A stretch of DNA of 64,000 nucleotides, from positions 22,196,001-22,260,000 of the forward strand of contig OZ249447.1 in assembly GCA_965235115.1 (NCBI GenBank), read 5' to 3'. The stretch comes from Laetmonice hystrix (taxonomy: Eukaryota). This document shows positions 6,954 to 20,206 of the stretch, in pieces (the stretch's first letter is position 1; the number at the start of each line of letters is the position of its first letter). Below the pieces are notes generated by a model. The model did not search any database and had not been told where the DNA came from. It saw only the letters and a program-made list of their open reading frames with translations. A program made the position numbers and the translations under genes.

Positions 6954-9886
6954 TTACTGAGTGACTAGTCTATAGCAGGACTAATCATTGTGTTGGCACC
7001 ACACAGAGAGTGTGAGGGAGCAGCTGGTCGGACGTCAACACAGTCGGTCCATGATCAACAAGCACATGACAATGGTGTCGAGGTGACGTCTTGTCAGCCG
7101 TCCTTAGGGGAGATGATCAAAAGACAAGACGGTAATGAGCATGTCCCTGGGAGGGAAGGCGTGGTCGTGTCAGCATCACGGCTGCTTCACATCAATCACT
7201 GATCGTCTTCAGTGAGGGCGCCACCTGTACTACTACCCCAGTCACATTACTTCCGGCCCCCTGCACGCCGGGAAATAAGGATATCAAAGTATCAAAGATA
7301 CCGAACTGCGTCATATATATTTTCGGATTTTTTTTTCAAAGTGAGTGTAAAGTGTCCGTAACGATTTGAATCTGTATTATTTTCATGTTTAAAAAGGTTT
7401 CATTATGATCAGTTCAGATGGAAGCGCAACTTTACTGAGATAATTATGTGGATCACGATCGCGATATTGAACTCTATTGAAGTGCTAAACGTCATATTTT
7501 ATTGTTAACGCCCGCCCCCGCTTGTGTTCTGGCCCATTTTCTATAGTAAGCCCACCCCACCCCTCTCTATCAGTAGTAGGGTGACAGCCAACACCCCTGT
7601 GTCTTCTCACAACATCCATGATAATTACCCTTGCATGATAGAGCTTGCAAATCGATGAGCAGATCAACAATTCCGACCGTTTCATCAGCAATAAACTTGT
7701 TAGTGCACATGTCCATTGCAACTAAATTTGGTGCAATTTATGCATTGGCATGTCCCCAGTGGTGATTAGGACACATTGGTCACTTCTCCGACAGGTTATT
7801 ATTGTTTTAATGACGAGTCGCCAATTAATACCAGGCAAGATTAGCAACAGTGGAGCAAGGCTGTTGTGTTGTCGTGGAGGAGTGAGTCACAAACCTCCCA
7901 GAGGTTTTCCATACCTCAGCTCACTCGATATCCACGCTGACACCATCCTATTCCGCCTTCTCAACATTACTGGGTGTTAGGATGCAGTCACGAGATGGTG
8001 GGACAAACGTGGATAAAGTTGTATCCAGTGACTTAGAAATGCTACCGATACGTTGATCCATTCATATCGGACTTGCCACTTGAGTTATACGAAGGAATGT
8101 GTGTCATTGAAGTCGGTGATCAGCTTTGTCCCATTTCTTGCCAATGATGATAGACAGCTCTCTCGTGATTGCAGTAAAGACCTAAGTGTAACTTGCCATG
8201 AAGGCTCCCGAATGAAATCGGTGAGAAATTTGCTGACTCATCGGATAATGATGCGGTTTGTTTAGGGTCATGGAACCCCCATGTTTTGTTGTACGTCGGC
8301 AGTCTACCAACCATCGATCACACAATCACTGAGGCTTTTAGAGGTTTTGTCGTTTTTCTAGAAATTACATCATTTTGCTCTGGGTGGAAGATTGAAATTT
8401 TAAGTATAATTTATGACCGTGTACCAGAGCGGTGTCATTGCTAACATAAACCAGGCCCACAAGTGTTTTCTGTCAGTGCATCTAATTACGATTAATTGCC
8501 AATAGCCACATCAATAATGATAGGTTGTGGTCTTAGAAAATGAGCAACCCTGGAAACGTATGCCTTATTGGAAATTTGATAGGGTGTAGTTACGTTGAAT
8601 AGAGTACACGTAAGTACAACCGCCCTTTATAACATGTACTTCGAGAGTCTGTAGGTGGTTTTTGGCGGGGGAGAACCTTGCCTCTAACTTTGACACAGCA
8701 TCAACCCGAGCGATAGAAGGGATGAAGTTGTTTACAAAGGTTGGAGGTTTTCATTGTGATGCAGAATGAGGTCGTCTAAGCTGGGCGGAAGCTGTTCAGG
8801 CTTCACAGAGTTGGATTGTTATTCATAGAGTAGGGCGGACTAAGTGACGAGGATCACTACGATCAGGGGCCACCGATCCAGGAAGAGTACATGTACTACA
8901 ATATGGACCAATTTACAGCGGACTCCGAAATTTGAACATGTTACTCAACTGAAAAATTCGCAAGGAGCGCTGCAACCGATCTTGTATTTGGCCTTGAATC
9001 ATTGGTACGGCTGTACATCTGTCAGAAGATGTACCTTTTAACAGGGACAGCGCATGCCATAATGTTGTGGAAGTGTTTCCGAGACTTTAATAAGCTACAT
9101 CAGATTGGTGAGGTTGTTTCCTTTTGCCCAGTTTTAATACCCACGTGGTTCAGATGAACATGGACGAAAGTGTGCAACACAGAGTCATGGACCCCGTAAC
9201 GGAGAACACGGCATAATGATCATATAGACAGTTTGGATGGAGCAGTGCCATAACTGGACAACATGAAATACTTGAGTGGTCGATAAGGGCCAGGGACTTT
9301 ATTGGTTGTCCTCTATGGTGGTCATAAATTTCCAGGTGCAAAGAGCTTCATGTAGCTGTGTCCTTTTAATTGTCCTTGCCAATCCATGCACATATTGATA
9401 GATAATTAGGGATGCCGCCAATGCAAATGAACGGCCTCATTATTAGAAATGTCTAATTTCTTAATTGTCCATAAATCAGGGGGTGATTGGGACAGTGGTG
9501 AGGCCATCAGTTGGTGGGCATACTGATCGGGAACAAGCTTGTCCTGTGGAGATGCATGATTTATGAGTATAAACTGTTGTTGTAAGGACCAGTGGAGGCG
9601 GCGCAATGGCTGGCCAGGTCATACATAACTGGTGGAGAACCTCGAGCACCAACTCGGAACCCCGCCCAGGTCACCGTAATGAAAAAGGTGGAAGAATTAC
9701 ACCCTCACCGGCCTCATTCAGACTGGCGGCATGGACTAGTAGGTTATAACTGACAGGGGATCAGACACTTTGATAGCCCGTCATATTTTACACCATGAAG
9801 GAGTCCGCCAGGCGAGGCGTATTGAGGTGATTTAAAGTAAATCCTCAAGACTTTAGGTGTAGGTCATGAGGGGAAAGGATGGTGAA

Positions 9887-10082
9887 CGTTATGGGTGGCA
9901 CTCGTATGTATTAGAAAGTACATGGACTGACGGCACGTTATGGGTGGCACTCGTATGTATTAGAAAGTACATGGACTGACGGCACGTTATGGGTGGCACT
10001 CGTATGTATTAGAAAGTACATGGACTGACGGCACGTTATGGGTGGCACTCGTATGTATTGGAAAGTACATGGACTGACGGCA
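9887..10082. repeat. 49-bp tandem repeat x4
   Basis: Unit starts at 9887, 9936, 9985 and 10034; near-identical. Confidence 0.95.
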
Positions 10083-13000
10083 TATCATGTGAAGAATGGA
10101 TACTCATTAGGGTTACCGAGTACTCCGGAATTTGTATCTAGTCTCACGGTAAGGCTAATGTAGACCCGACCGAGGCAACATTTTCAGATTTGTTACAATC
10201 GTGGAATGCAGTTTCTGTCAGGGTGCGAGTTGCGATCATTAATCTGTGTGGTCTGATGTTTGATGTGTTCTCTGGTTACCACGGCCGGGTCAGCCCCACC
10301 TGCCCCGGCAAGGCTCGCCTACCCACCAGGGTAAGGGCACTGCCCCGCCCTTGTCACAACCACGCCCTCAGACTAGGCGTCCCCGGCTTCCACACGCTCG
10401 TACCCCACACGTGCAATATGGGGTAATAATTACATCAAGCCAGTAATGATTATTAGGCAAATTCATGGATGCCATAAATTGTTGGCGCCAGACAAGGCCG
10501 GCGGTGGACAGAGGGTTGGGGGTTGACAGGCCGGGTTGTGACCTGCTCACCTGGCCACCGCCTATCGCCACCTTAGGGGCACCACTCCCCCACACCTCAG
10601 CTCACCCCAACATGTGATGTATCCTCCTCGAGTTGGGCCCTGACAGAACGACAGCCTGCCATCGGCGGTAAACCTGGCGGCATGTGTTCAATATACCTGT
10701 AAGTATGTCAGAGTCTTCAGGATGTCATAGCATCAAGAACCTCATGCCACAAAACTTGTGTCGCAACTGTTCACGTCATTTGTAGTTCACATCGTCTTTT
10801 ATTGCTCGTCCGCATTGAGATTATCCTCTGCTAGATAGATATTGGCCGTGAACACTTTGTTTCGAGTTGTAGAAACTGTTTTCTTTGTTGTCAGCTGATT
10901 TTGACATGACTCATGATTTCTTTGTGATTTGTTGACAAATGTCGTCCGATCTCAATTGACCTTTTGGCTCGGTTAGTGCTGCAGAGACAAGCGTCGTGAG
11001 ATATTGGGTTAGCACCAATTGGCCCGGGGTGAACCAGGGTCATTGTCTGGCCCACAGAACAGTATCAACGTCCCAAATATGAGCCCGACTTCTTATCGCA
11101 GTGCTGCTTCACAAAGGTGCCATTTAATACCATTGCCATCAGCCGTGGAACAATGGACATTGTCGGTGGGGCATTAGTTAGACTGACAGTCAATCAGAAG
11201 GCTGAGATGAAGCCAGCGTCTCAGCCTGCAAATCTGGCATGGCTTGGATCCGGTGGTGAGGAAGATTACAACTATTCTGGTCGATAGAAACCCGGGATCC
11301 CAGTCACCATTAGGTCTTGCCAGATGAGGATAAGGTTTTTATCCCCCCGTGTGGCCGTGAAGAAGTTTTTATCACGGGCTAGGTTGCCACACCACGGTGG
11401 CGGTGTTCTAGGCAGGCAGCGCTGTTATACTACAACAGGTCTGCAGCGACTGAGGGCATTACGGAGGTTTGTAACGCCAAGGCCCGGCGATTCAGTCGGC
11501 AATACTCGACTGGTCATTGCTGCCAGGTCATCAATCGGTCCCCTTATCAGGTGCCTGCTAGTGACTGTAGCAACTGCCTCTGATGACCAGTCAGTTGATG
11601 CTAGCGGGAGCGAGGAATGGACCCGGCCACTTGAAGCCCTCACCAGAGAGGGCCGCCAGCCACTTCCATCTATTGGCTTTCTGTCAACTACAGCCTCGAT
11701 GGCAGACACAGAGGCACCAGCAATGTCTCACAGATCCAACACCGGCATTGGAAAGACTCGGAAATAGAAAACAGAGAGGTCTGTAGGACATCACTGTTCA
11801 CGCACAATAAACCAGATGTTCTAACAAGACGACATGTGATAGCGGTGTAAGTTATTATGTAAGCCTGGCAATTCTTACAAGGACAAGAACGGGGGAAACA
11901 CATGGTTAGGCGTTTGTTTTTATATCTTACAGGATAACTGAAAGTTTCATTTTTCTTTGAACTTCATTGATTTATTCTATCATTTTGTTATTTCACGTTT
12001 TAAGTCTTGGCTCAAGGAAAGTGAAGCCAGTCGTTTAGTAGCACGGAACATCGGAGGTTACAAGGGGAGAGACAATAATGCCACACAACAGCCATAAATG
12101 TCTCACGTAATTTCCGGCCATCGGGGACGAGTCTCACTTTGACAGGTGCTGTGGCCAGAGGTCAAGGCAGAGACAATGAAGAGGTAATGTGCTGGTGGGG
12201 GATGACCAAGGGGACACTGAGTGATAAAGTGGAGGAGAATCCCAAGCGATGTATCAGAGACACCAACCGGCCCACCTGAACCCAATAAAACCTCCTCCCA
12301 CGGACAAGGCCAAGGAGTCCACATCTCATCCCACTTGATGAGTGGACACATTCCAGCCCCGCAGCCCAACATATACGCTTTGTTGGATGTGATCGATGTT
12401 TAGCAATGATGAACAGTTCCGTGAAGAATGATCTCAGTTGTACTCTGTTCCATGAGACAGGCTTGTCCTCAGGTGAAGTATGTGAAGGTTCTTGGGCTCA
12501 CAGAGATGGGATAGAATGCAGTGGGGTTCGGAGTTGATGTTCTGAACCTTCCACTAGTTGTTTTGCTATCTCCGGGTTGATAATGCAACTAAGGAAGTTG
12601 TATTTCTCTTAAGTAGTTCGACATCTGTAGTCCCCATTAGGGCCCATTAGCAAGCCTGATGGATACAAGTAACTGTCCTATGTTAAATTGGCATGTTGTG
12701 CATTTCTTCTGCCGTTAAAGAGAAGAGAATGGCGTGTGTTTCTTGAGAAAACTGCATGTTTAGATAAGTGTGCTGTGAAATGAAAAGAACATATGCGTTT
12801 GAGGCTGGAATCCGTTGCTTGTCAATCAGATGCTTTGCGCACGAGTCTTTGTCAGGCGGATTCCCGCAGTTTATGGCAAAGCACATACTATTCCGACAAG
12901 AGAGTTTACAGGAGAAATGCAAGCCGGAATAAAAGTCGGGAGATAATAGATGAGGTGTAGTCAGTAAGAACTGTCGGAGAAAGGAGTCGGGAATACCCAT

Positions 13001-13292
13001 GGGAAAAAGGAACTGACAGCTGGTGGGATCCATTGTGTTAGCACGTGGCCAAGGAAAACGGCACCGGGCCTGGCGCATTCTGCAGGAGGGTGGGGCAGCA
13101 TGAGAACAGGCAGCGGTTGAGTCCCCTCTAAAACAACGCTCGTTATCATTCAGCTTCAACCAAAGGCAATTGTTGTAGACAGCCGGACAGTTAGTGATGC
13201 TGACGTCAAGTCTGTACCTACTAGTTCCTCCTGTTGGATGTCTGTAGGGTCGTTATCATGCAACTAGTCATCAAGTCCTTCCTTGTCTCCAG

Positions 13293-13379
13293 GACAACAC
13301 AAAGGTGTGGAGGAAGAGAATGGCTGCGGCCAAGGCAGCCAGGGAGTCGGTGGTCATTTCCTTGACGGACACAGCTTAA
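13293..13379 (+). other. Possible terminal coding exon of an unidentified gene
   Basis: Acceptor TCCTTCCTTGTCTCCAG, then DNTKVWRKRMAAAKAARESVVISLTDTA*; no homology recognised. Confidence 0.2.
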
Positions 13380-13496
13380 TGTCACCAGGCAGGGCAGTGT
13401 CCATGGCACGCGTCCACTGACGACCCTTGTGCCCTTCACATCCGCAAGGTCATCGACTGGCGGCGACTATTGCCGCCAGATGAACTCATTCCCAGA

Positions 13497-13798
13497 TTCT
13501 TCTTCTTCTTCTTCTTCTTCTTCTTCTTCTTCTTCTTCTTCTTCTTCTTCTTCTTTTCGGTGTCCCTCAAACTGCTAATGTAATACCCGTTCCTTAGCAA
13601 GGGATATCTAACTGTTCGGCCCTCACCTTCCCATGTCTTCTTCTTCTTCTTCTTCTTCTTCTTCTTCTTCTTCTTCTTCTTCTTCTTCTTCTTCTTCTTC
13701 TTCTTCTTCTTCTTCTTTTCGGTGTCCCTCAAACTGCTAATGTAATACCCGTTCCTTAGCAAGGGATATCTAACTGTTCGGCCCTCACCTTCCCATGT
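13497..13798 (-). mobile_element. Tandemly duplicated 3' end of a non-LTR element or SINE with (GAA)n tails
   Basis: Plus strand: (TTC)19 at 13497-13553, 83-bp unique segment 13554-13636, (TTC)26 at 13638-13715, identical 83-bp segment 13716-13798. On the minus strand each 83-mer runs into a (GAA)n tail. Confidence 0.55.
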
Positions 13799-15652
13799 TC
13801 TGGACCAATACGGTCAGCTGTTGCAGGCAATCGGCGTCAGGATGCGTCGGCACCATGGTAATTAGTGTATGGCGGGAAGCAATGGGAGGTGGGCAATTCC
13901 CGAGATAGTGTGGATGGTCTTTGGACATATCAATCCCCTGCAACGGTCTTAAGACATACGCTGGAGGTTTCCTGGAAATTGGCATCCTGGCCACGTTTCT
14001 CGGCTCGCTCAATATATAGCCTGATGACTGAGAGTCTCATAAAGAGGTAAATGTGCGGGGAAATGACACTACTTAGTAGTAATGTATATGGCGCCAACAT
14101 CTATAGGAAACTGGCTATTATGGGGATAAATGACCAAGTTGGATACTTTCCGCAATTCACTAAGCCTCATGCATGCCCGTCCTAATTGATGTCCACCTCT
14201 TAGACCTCACATAATAGAAGGTGACCATCTTACTGCGGTGAAAACGGCAGGGGCACCGTTTCCAATCGCCATGCTGGCCATGCAGGGGCTAAATCCCAGG
14301 TAATAGATAGTGCTGTCTGATGTACATTTGTACTTATTTTTTTCTGTTGTTCCTTAGCAAGTATTTGCCCAGGGAGTTGATGAAAGAATGGAAGGCTAAT
14401 GGAGACCACAGTCGTTCATTTGTATCTCACACGAAGGTGAACCACTGAGAGGCCAGTTGATGAGGGGGACGGTATTTTTGTGGGAAGGTATCTGGTCATC
14501 TGGTTGTTAAGGAAACGCAGTGATGGCTTTGGGCATGCAAAGCTGTGGGTTTAGGCCTTCAGGTTGGCAGTAATGAAGCTGTTGTGGCTGGGAGTTGCTA
14601 CAGCAGTCATGATGGAAGGGCATTTGGTCTGGTCGGCCGTGGTCATCAGCGTGGGCCATCTGGCTGACCGTACAATGGACCAGGGGCCACCGATACACCG
14701 GGCGGCCCGATCCTCGGCCCAGATAACAGACCTCGCCGCCCGCCTACATCCCGGATCATGGGTCGGGGATCTCACCCGTGCAAGCGATGGCCAAATAATT
14801 CCACGTCTGTTACCGTGCACGTCTACTATGTAAGCCAGGGATTTCTCCGGTTTTTTTATTAACCACTGCGGGTCTTCAATAGAGAAGTTGGGTGATTTAT
14901 CATGAGCTGCTGTATAAGGTACATGGTTGGTATTTGTCAGTAACTAGGCGGTATGGTCAGAAGGAGCAGTGTATTCTGGCGGAGTTAACTGGGGGCGGTC
15001 AGATGGGTTACTTCTACACTATTAAAAGATTGATCCTGCAGGTTGACCCAATCATATTGCGGGGCAGTTCCCCCAGCCACCTGCTGCGACTGGCAGACCT
15101 CTGCCAGGCATGGTTTGTCTCAGCCTCATCACTGAGACAAAACAGGCACTAAACAAGGTATAGAGCTATAGTTGGCGATGACTCTGCATGCCGGCCCATG
15201 TCATGTCACATGCTTTCTGCTGTGTTCTCGGGGAACTCCGTAGAGGCGGGAATTGATCCATTGATCATTGCTGCTCCAGGCTCCGGGAGGCGGGCGGGGG
15301 AGGGGAGGGAGGGAGGGAGGGGAGGATAAGGCCTGATGGCCGTATCATCCCGCAGAGAGGATCCACCAGGATTTACCAATCCTGCCGCTCAGACGAGCAG
15401 CCCCGGAAGCCTGCCTCACCACTCCCCTGCCCGCTTGCATGCCACATGGCTCTGTGCACCCCCTGGAAACTTTTAGTTTCCTTACAACACAGATTCATCC
15501 TCACCCATGCACAGAGCGGTCTGTGTATACCCGTTTGATGTTAGTTACCTATGAATTGAAGTTCGTCATGAGGAAGCCTGAGAGTAGAGGACGTCAGGTA
15601 GTTTGAGAAGATCCGTTCTGGATGGGAATCAGGTCGAGGGTATTAAATTGAG

Positions 15653-16129
15653 TTAGCATCCATCGTCCGCATCCATGCAGGAGTGCCGGGGATAGTGACA
15701 CTGATGAAGATGTTCCAGATCATCATTTCTGTCCTGTGTGGTGGCATGCACCAGCACCAGTAGGCCAGTCCCCTCATCAAGCCAGCAGCAGCAGCAGTCC
15801 ACATCCTGCACCCACTGGATTACATCCACATCACAGGACGACACAAAGTCCTCCCAACTGAAAACCTCGCCTCCGAACTTGATGAGGCAATCGAGGACTG
15901 TTTGATTAACATAGACTTTACTTGGAGCGACTGGAGACGGTGTACGGGGATAGAGCGAGTGGTAGGAGGACTGTGAGCAGATCGTAACACCCCACTGGAT
16001 ACAGAACAACAGTAGCACACTTTGGGGAGTACAGGCCAGGACATCACTGGAGACGTTATGGCTGAGACGGTGTCCTCCTGGAGCATTCTCATGCCCCTGC
16101 AGAGTCCCCACGGCATCACACAAAACCAT
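15653..16129 (-). other. Unassigned 158-codon ORF in non-repetitive sequence
   Basis: ATG-initiated; TATATAAG at 16151-16158 (minus); no recognisable domain. Confidence 0.15.
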
Positions 16130-17916
16130 AGCAACAAGGTACTCGTCTCTCTTATATAGTGTCAGGTAAAGAGTCTGGAGTTTAGATTAACGTTGTGTTA
16201 AGTCAATATTGTTTCGTTATGTTGTAATGCGTCCAATCGAAGCAAAGGCTGCCTTTGAAAGTTCAGGGACAATTCCGAGGAGATATGGGATTGGTCAGTG
16301 GAGGGAGCACCATTCTCTGGCCCCTTGGGATCAAGATGGCCAAACCTAACCGCACACTATCCCGGGATCTTTGTCACTTTGCTGTGGGCCAAATGTAAGT
16401 AGTAGCCATAAAATGTGCCAGATTGACTATTGATCTAGGGCCTCAGCCCATGAGCATGTCTTGAAGATGGCAATTCAGATAGCCGGCCCGTGGAGGCCAT
16501 ACATCTTCTGGTGCTGGGGTGAAGTTGGAGAAATATTGAACTGTTGATTTTCACGGCTACCATCGCCGCTAAGGTCGCTTACATTACGGCAAATTCGAGT
16601 CAGGCAAGGCAGCAATGGCTTACTATAGACTGGCCTTTGCCTGTGTCTAGTGAAGAAGGAGGTTCGACACATAGGCATGGGTCCACTGTCTACTGGTTCC
16701 ATTAGTGTACAGCTATAAAACTTACATTACCGCTTGGTCCATCAGACATACCAAATTGGAAAGGTTTATTAAATATCTCACGGGTTGGCGAGTAACAACA
16801 TAATTAGAATTATGGAATAGTTTATATCACTTTTTAAACGGGTACATTAACGTATATATTTATGATTTGATGGATTACGTCTATATATAACTTTTTTTTC
16901 CTCCTCTGTAGTTATGAGCTAGACGTGTTGTGTGAATTTTTATATTGGAATGTTTGTAATAAAAAGGTAAGCACCGCCGTCATATACAGAGTGATTACCA
17001 TGTGTATGATTCATTTGATTGCGAAGACCAAGTTGTGGATGTTTACAACTCAGTCTTCCCGAGGGCTGTGAATCAGTGTGATGGCCCTCCATTACTAATG
17101 AGGACTATTATTACAGGCAGGTTAATGAGCCTTGTCTCTGTCTGTGTAACTGTGGACATGGTCCAGACTGGGTTGGACCGCCACTGTTATTACTTTATTG
17201 CATGTATACTGGCAGTGGGTCAGGTAGTCACAAAGAGTGAGGAGCACCCCTAGGGTAGCGTCACCGCCGCGGGCTATCGGCCCACTGGCTGGCGTTCTAC
17301 GGCACTCTCTCAACAATAACGTCTTCATTACACCGTGAAACTGGCCACATTCAATTGGCTTTTCATTTAGCAAGCCAATAAAGTCAGAATCATGTTCTCA
17401 TCAGTCGCTAGGGATGTTCTGTGTCGGGGGAGGGGGAGGGCGTCATCGTCAGCTGGGTCGTGGATTGTTGGACAGATAACATTTTGGTGTCCATGACCTT
17501 CTCATCATGACATCTCATAATCCGGTAACAATTAGTAGCTCCTCTATTTAATCCATTATAATCCAGGCATTTTGTTGATTGTGGGGGGTCAATGACCGTT
17601 TGTAAGAAATCCGTCCTACAAAAAGTCAGTTCCGATGTAATGGATGTGTGGATGATCAGCTTACAGGGAATACACTGATTGGAACTGCTGGTTGTACGAG
17701 TGTTATACGATATACATTGCGAACTATGTTCTCCGTTCTTTGTACATGTTGTTATCTATACAAATGGAGCTTCTCTAAATTGCTGCTGTCATCTCATAGT
17801 GTAGTTGTTGATGCAAATCATTTGCATTTGTTGTCAAAGTGTGCTTCATTCATGTAGATCTGGAGAAGGAATAATTTCAAATTTTAGGAATATTTTATTA
17901 TTAGCTGGAATTAATC

Positions 17917-18580
17917 AACGTTTTCTATAACCAGGTGAGGGTAAGGGGACTGTTGCGGGTACTTGTTAAGTTTGTCTATATCTGTCTACGTACACACACA
18001 AACTGTGAGAGATGAAGATTGCAGACAGATAACGTTTTCTATAACCAGGTGAGGGTGGACTGTTGCGGGTACTTGCTGAGTTTGTCTATCTGTCTGCGTA
18101 CACACACAAACTGTGAGAGATGAAGATTGCAGACAGATAACGTTTTCTATAACCAGGTGAGGGTAAGGGGACTGTTGCGGGTACTTGTTGAGTTTGTCTA
18201 TATCTGTCTACGTACACACACAAACTGTGAGAGGATTGGAGACAGAACCACGTTTTCTATAACCAGGTGAGGGTAAGGGGACTGTTGCGGGTACTTGCTG
18301 AGTTTGTCTATATCTGTCTGCGTACACACACAAACTGTGAGAGGATTGGAGACAGAACCACGTTTTCTATAACCAGGTGAGGGTAAGGGGACTGTTGGGG
18401 GTACTTGTTGAGTTTGTCTATATCTGTCTGCGTACACACACAAACTGTGAGAGGATTGGAGACAGAACCACGTTTTCTATAACCAGGTGAGGGTGGACTG
18501 TTGCGGGTACTTGTTGAGTTTGTCTATATCTGTCTGCGTACACACACAAACTGTGAGAGATGAGGATTTGAGACAGAACC
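17917..18580. repeat. 108-114-bp tandem repeat x6
   Basis: Units start near 17917, 18031, 18139, 18249, 18359 and 18469; (CG)TTTTCTATAACCAGGTGAGG recurs in each. Confidence 0.93.
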
Positions 18581-19129
18581 CAGAAAAGTGCTTTTTCTCT
18601 GGCACAATGCTGTAACTGTTGATGGCATGAGATGATCTTCTAAATCAGCCTTTATTATGCATGATAACTGGTTGGAAAGCTGGCGAGTTTCGTGCTTCCC
18701 GCCCATATATCCTAGGGCTTTGCTATTATTCTTTCATTACGGCCATTGTGATGCTCACCGCAGCACCAGCATCCATCACCTGGGACGAGCTGAATTAAAG
18801 GTAATTAAACTTTGACGAGAAACAATCAGCGTCCGGGATTTGGCTCGGGGTCTCGGTGTGGTCCCCTAGCCCAGACCCTCCCCATTTAAACCGCCGATTT
18901 CATGCGTGGTGCCCATACATCGCCCGCCCATGATTCTTTCATTGCGCCAGGGCTATGTGTCGATGATGGCGAGAGAATTGCCGTCCGACTCCAGTTTTGC
19001 CGTTATGACAGCCATTCGGGGTTGGTGTCTCCGTGCTTGATGTTAATCTGACGTGGAGGTCACCGCATACAGACAGAACATGTAGTACCAGCCATGAAAC
19101 CGTCATATGACGTAACGTAATGTTAGCCG

Positions 19130-19310
19130 TGACGTTATACTGAGGCGCTGACGTCATACCGAGGCGCTGACGTTATACCGTGGCGCTGACGTCATACCGA
19201 TGCGCTGACGTCATACCGAGGCGCTGACGTTATACTGAGGCTGACGTCATACCAAGGCGCTGACGTCATACCGAGGCGCTGACGTCATACCGAAGCGCTA
19301 ACGTTATACC
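19130..19310. repeat. 19-bp tandem array (9 units plus a partial) built on the CRE palindrome
   Basis: Consensus TGACGTCATACCGAGGCGC; perfect TGACGTCA at 19149, 19187, 19206, 19242, 19261 and 19280. Confidence 0.95.
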
Positions 19311-19339
19311 AACGAGTATAGAATTCTATACTCGTTGGT
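19308..19339. repeat. Perfect 32-bp palindrome
   Basis: ACCAACGAGTATAGAA|TTCTATACTCGTTGGT. Confidence 0.95.
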
Positions 19340-19403
19340 TATACCGACACCGAAGACGCTCACTTACTCACAAACAAATCCCGCCGTGTAACGGGACCTG
19401 CTG

Positions 19404-19663
19404 GGCCCGGTTTTTTTGTTTACTTTTTCACCGTGAGCAAGGGTGAGCTGAGCTGAGCAAGGGTGAGCAGAAGCTCATGCTCACTGTTTTGCTCCCGTTT
19501 TAGTTTTTTTGGTGTTTTTCCGTGAGCTTGCTCACCATGAGCACGCCTCATGGAAAAAAGCAACCCAAAAATACACGAAAACGATGAGAATGAGCTCATG
19601 CTCACCCTTGCTCAGCTCAGCTCACCCTTGCTCACGGTGGAAAAGAAACAAAAAAACCGGGCC
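19404..19663. mobile_element. 260-bp foldback MITE, PIF/Harbinger-like termini
   Basis: About 75-bp imperfect inverted arms starting GGCCCGGTTTTTTT, with internal TGAGCAAGGGTGAGC subrepeats; flanked by CTG and CAG. Confidence 0.75.
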
Positions 19664-20206
19664 CAGACCCACCCGAACCCTCCCCTGAATGCCTATAGGA
19701 ACGAACCCCGCACCACGTTGACCCTAGACCGATTATTAAACACCTTGCGAACAGAGGGCTAAGTGGAGTAAACCGTACACGGATTACTGCCAGGCAGGCG
19801 AATTACACAACCGAAAAAGAAAATCAGTTGTTGGACTAATTCCGTTGGAGCTGGTTCAGGGGGCCAAATGAATTTGGGAGCGTCGGTGACAGTGATTGTA
19901 GTTTCAGCGGCCATTGAATGTCGAAGAATGGAATGCTGATCGAATTAGAGACATGGGAGACGGGCAAATGATACAAGTTAGAAGGCGGTGTAATTAGTTG
20001 GATGATGAATCCAGTTGAGGAGCTGACGGAGCACCAGTTGCGGGCCCCCACCAACTGACAAGGAATGGGATTGTCAAGTGTTGGCCGTGAAATGGATCAC
20101 ACCCTCTTCAATGAGAAACCTGAGAGGAGGCAGAAGCCGTTTTTTAATTGCTCTTGTCATGGAAGGGCCATGGAAGGAACCGATGGAGGTGTAGCTGGGA
20201 GTTATA

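Noticed and set aside
9887-10082. CRISPR-like or spacer-containing arrays (here and in the other repeats)
   Set aside because: Units are head-to-tail with no unique spacers, there are no cas genes, and the context is eukaryotic.
10188-10330. Possible 143-nt exon (TTTTCAG ... AGG|GTAAGG)
   Set aside because: Short acceptor tract, unrecognisable peptide, and no compatible neighbouring exon.
11324-11767. 147-aa plus-strand ORF
   Set aside because: No domain or convincing splice context; other frames are closed; consistent with chance in GC-richer sequence.
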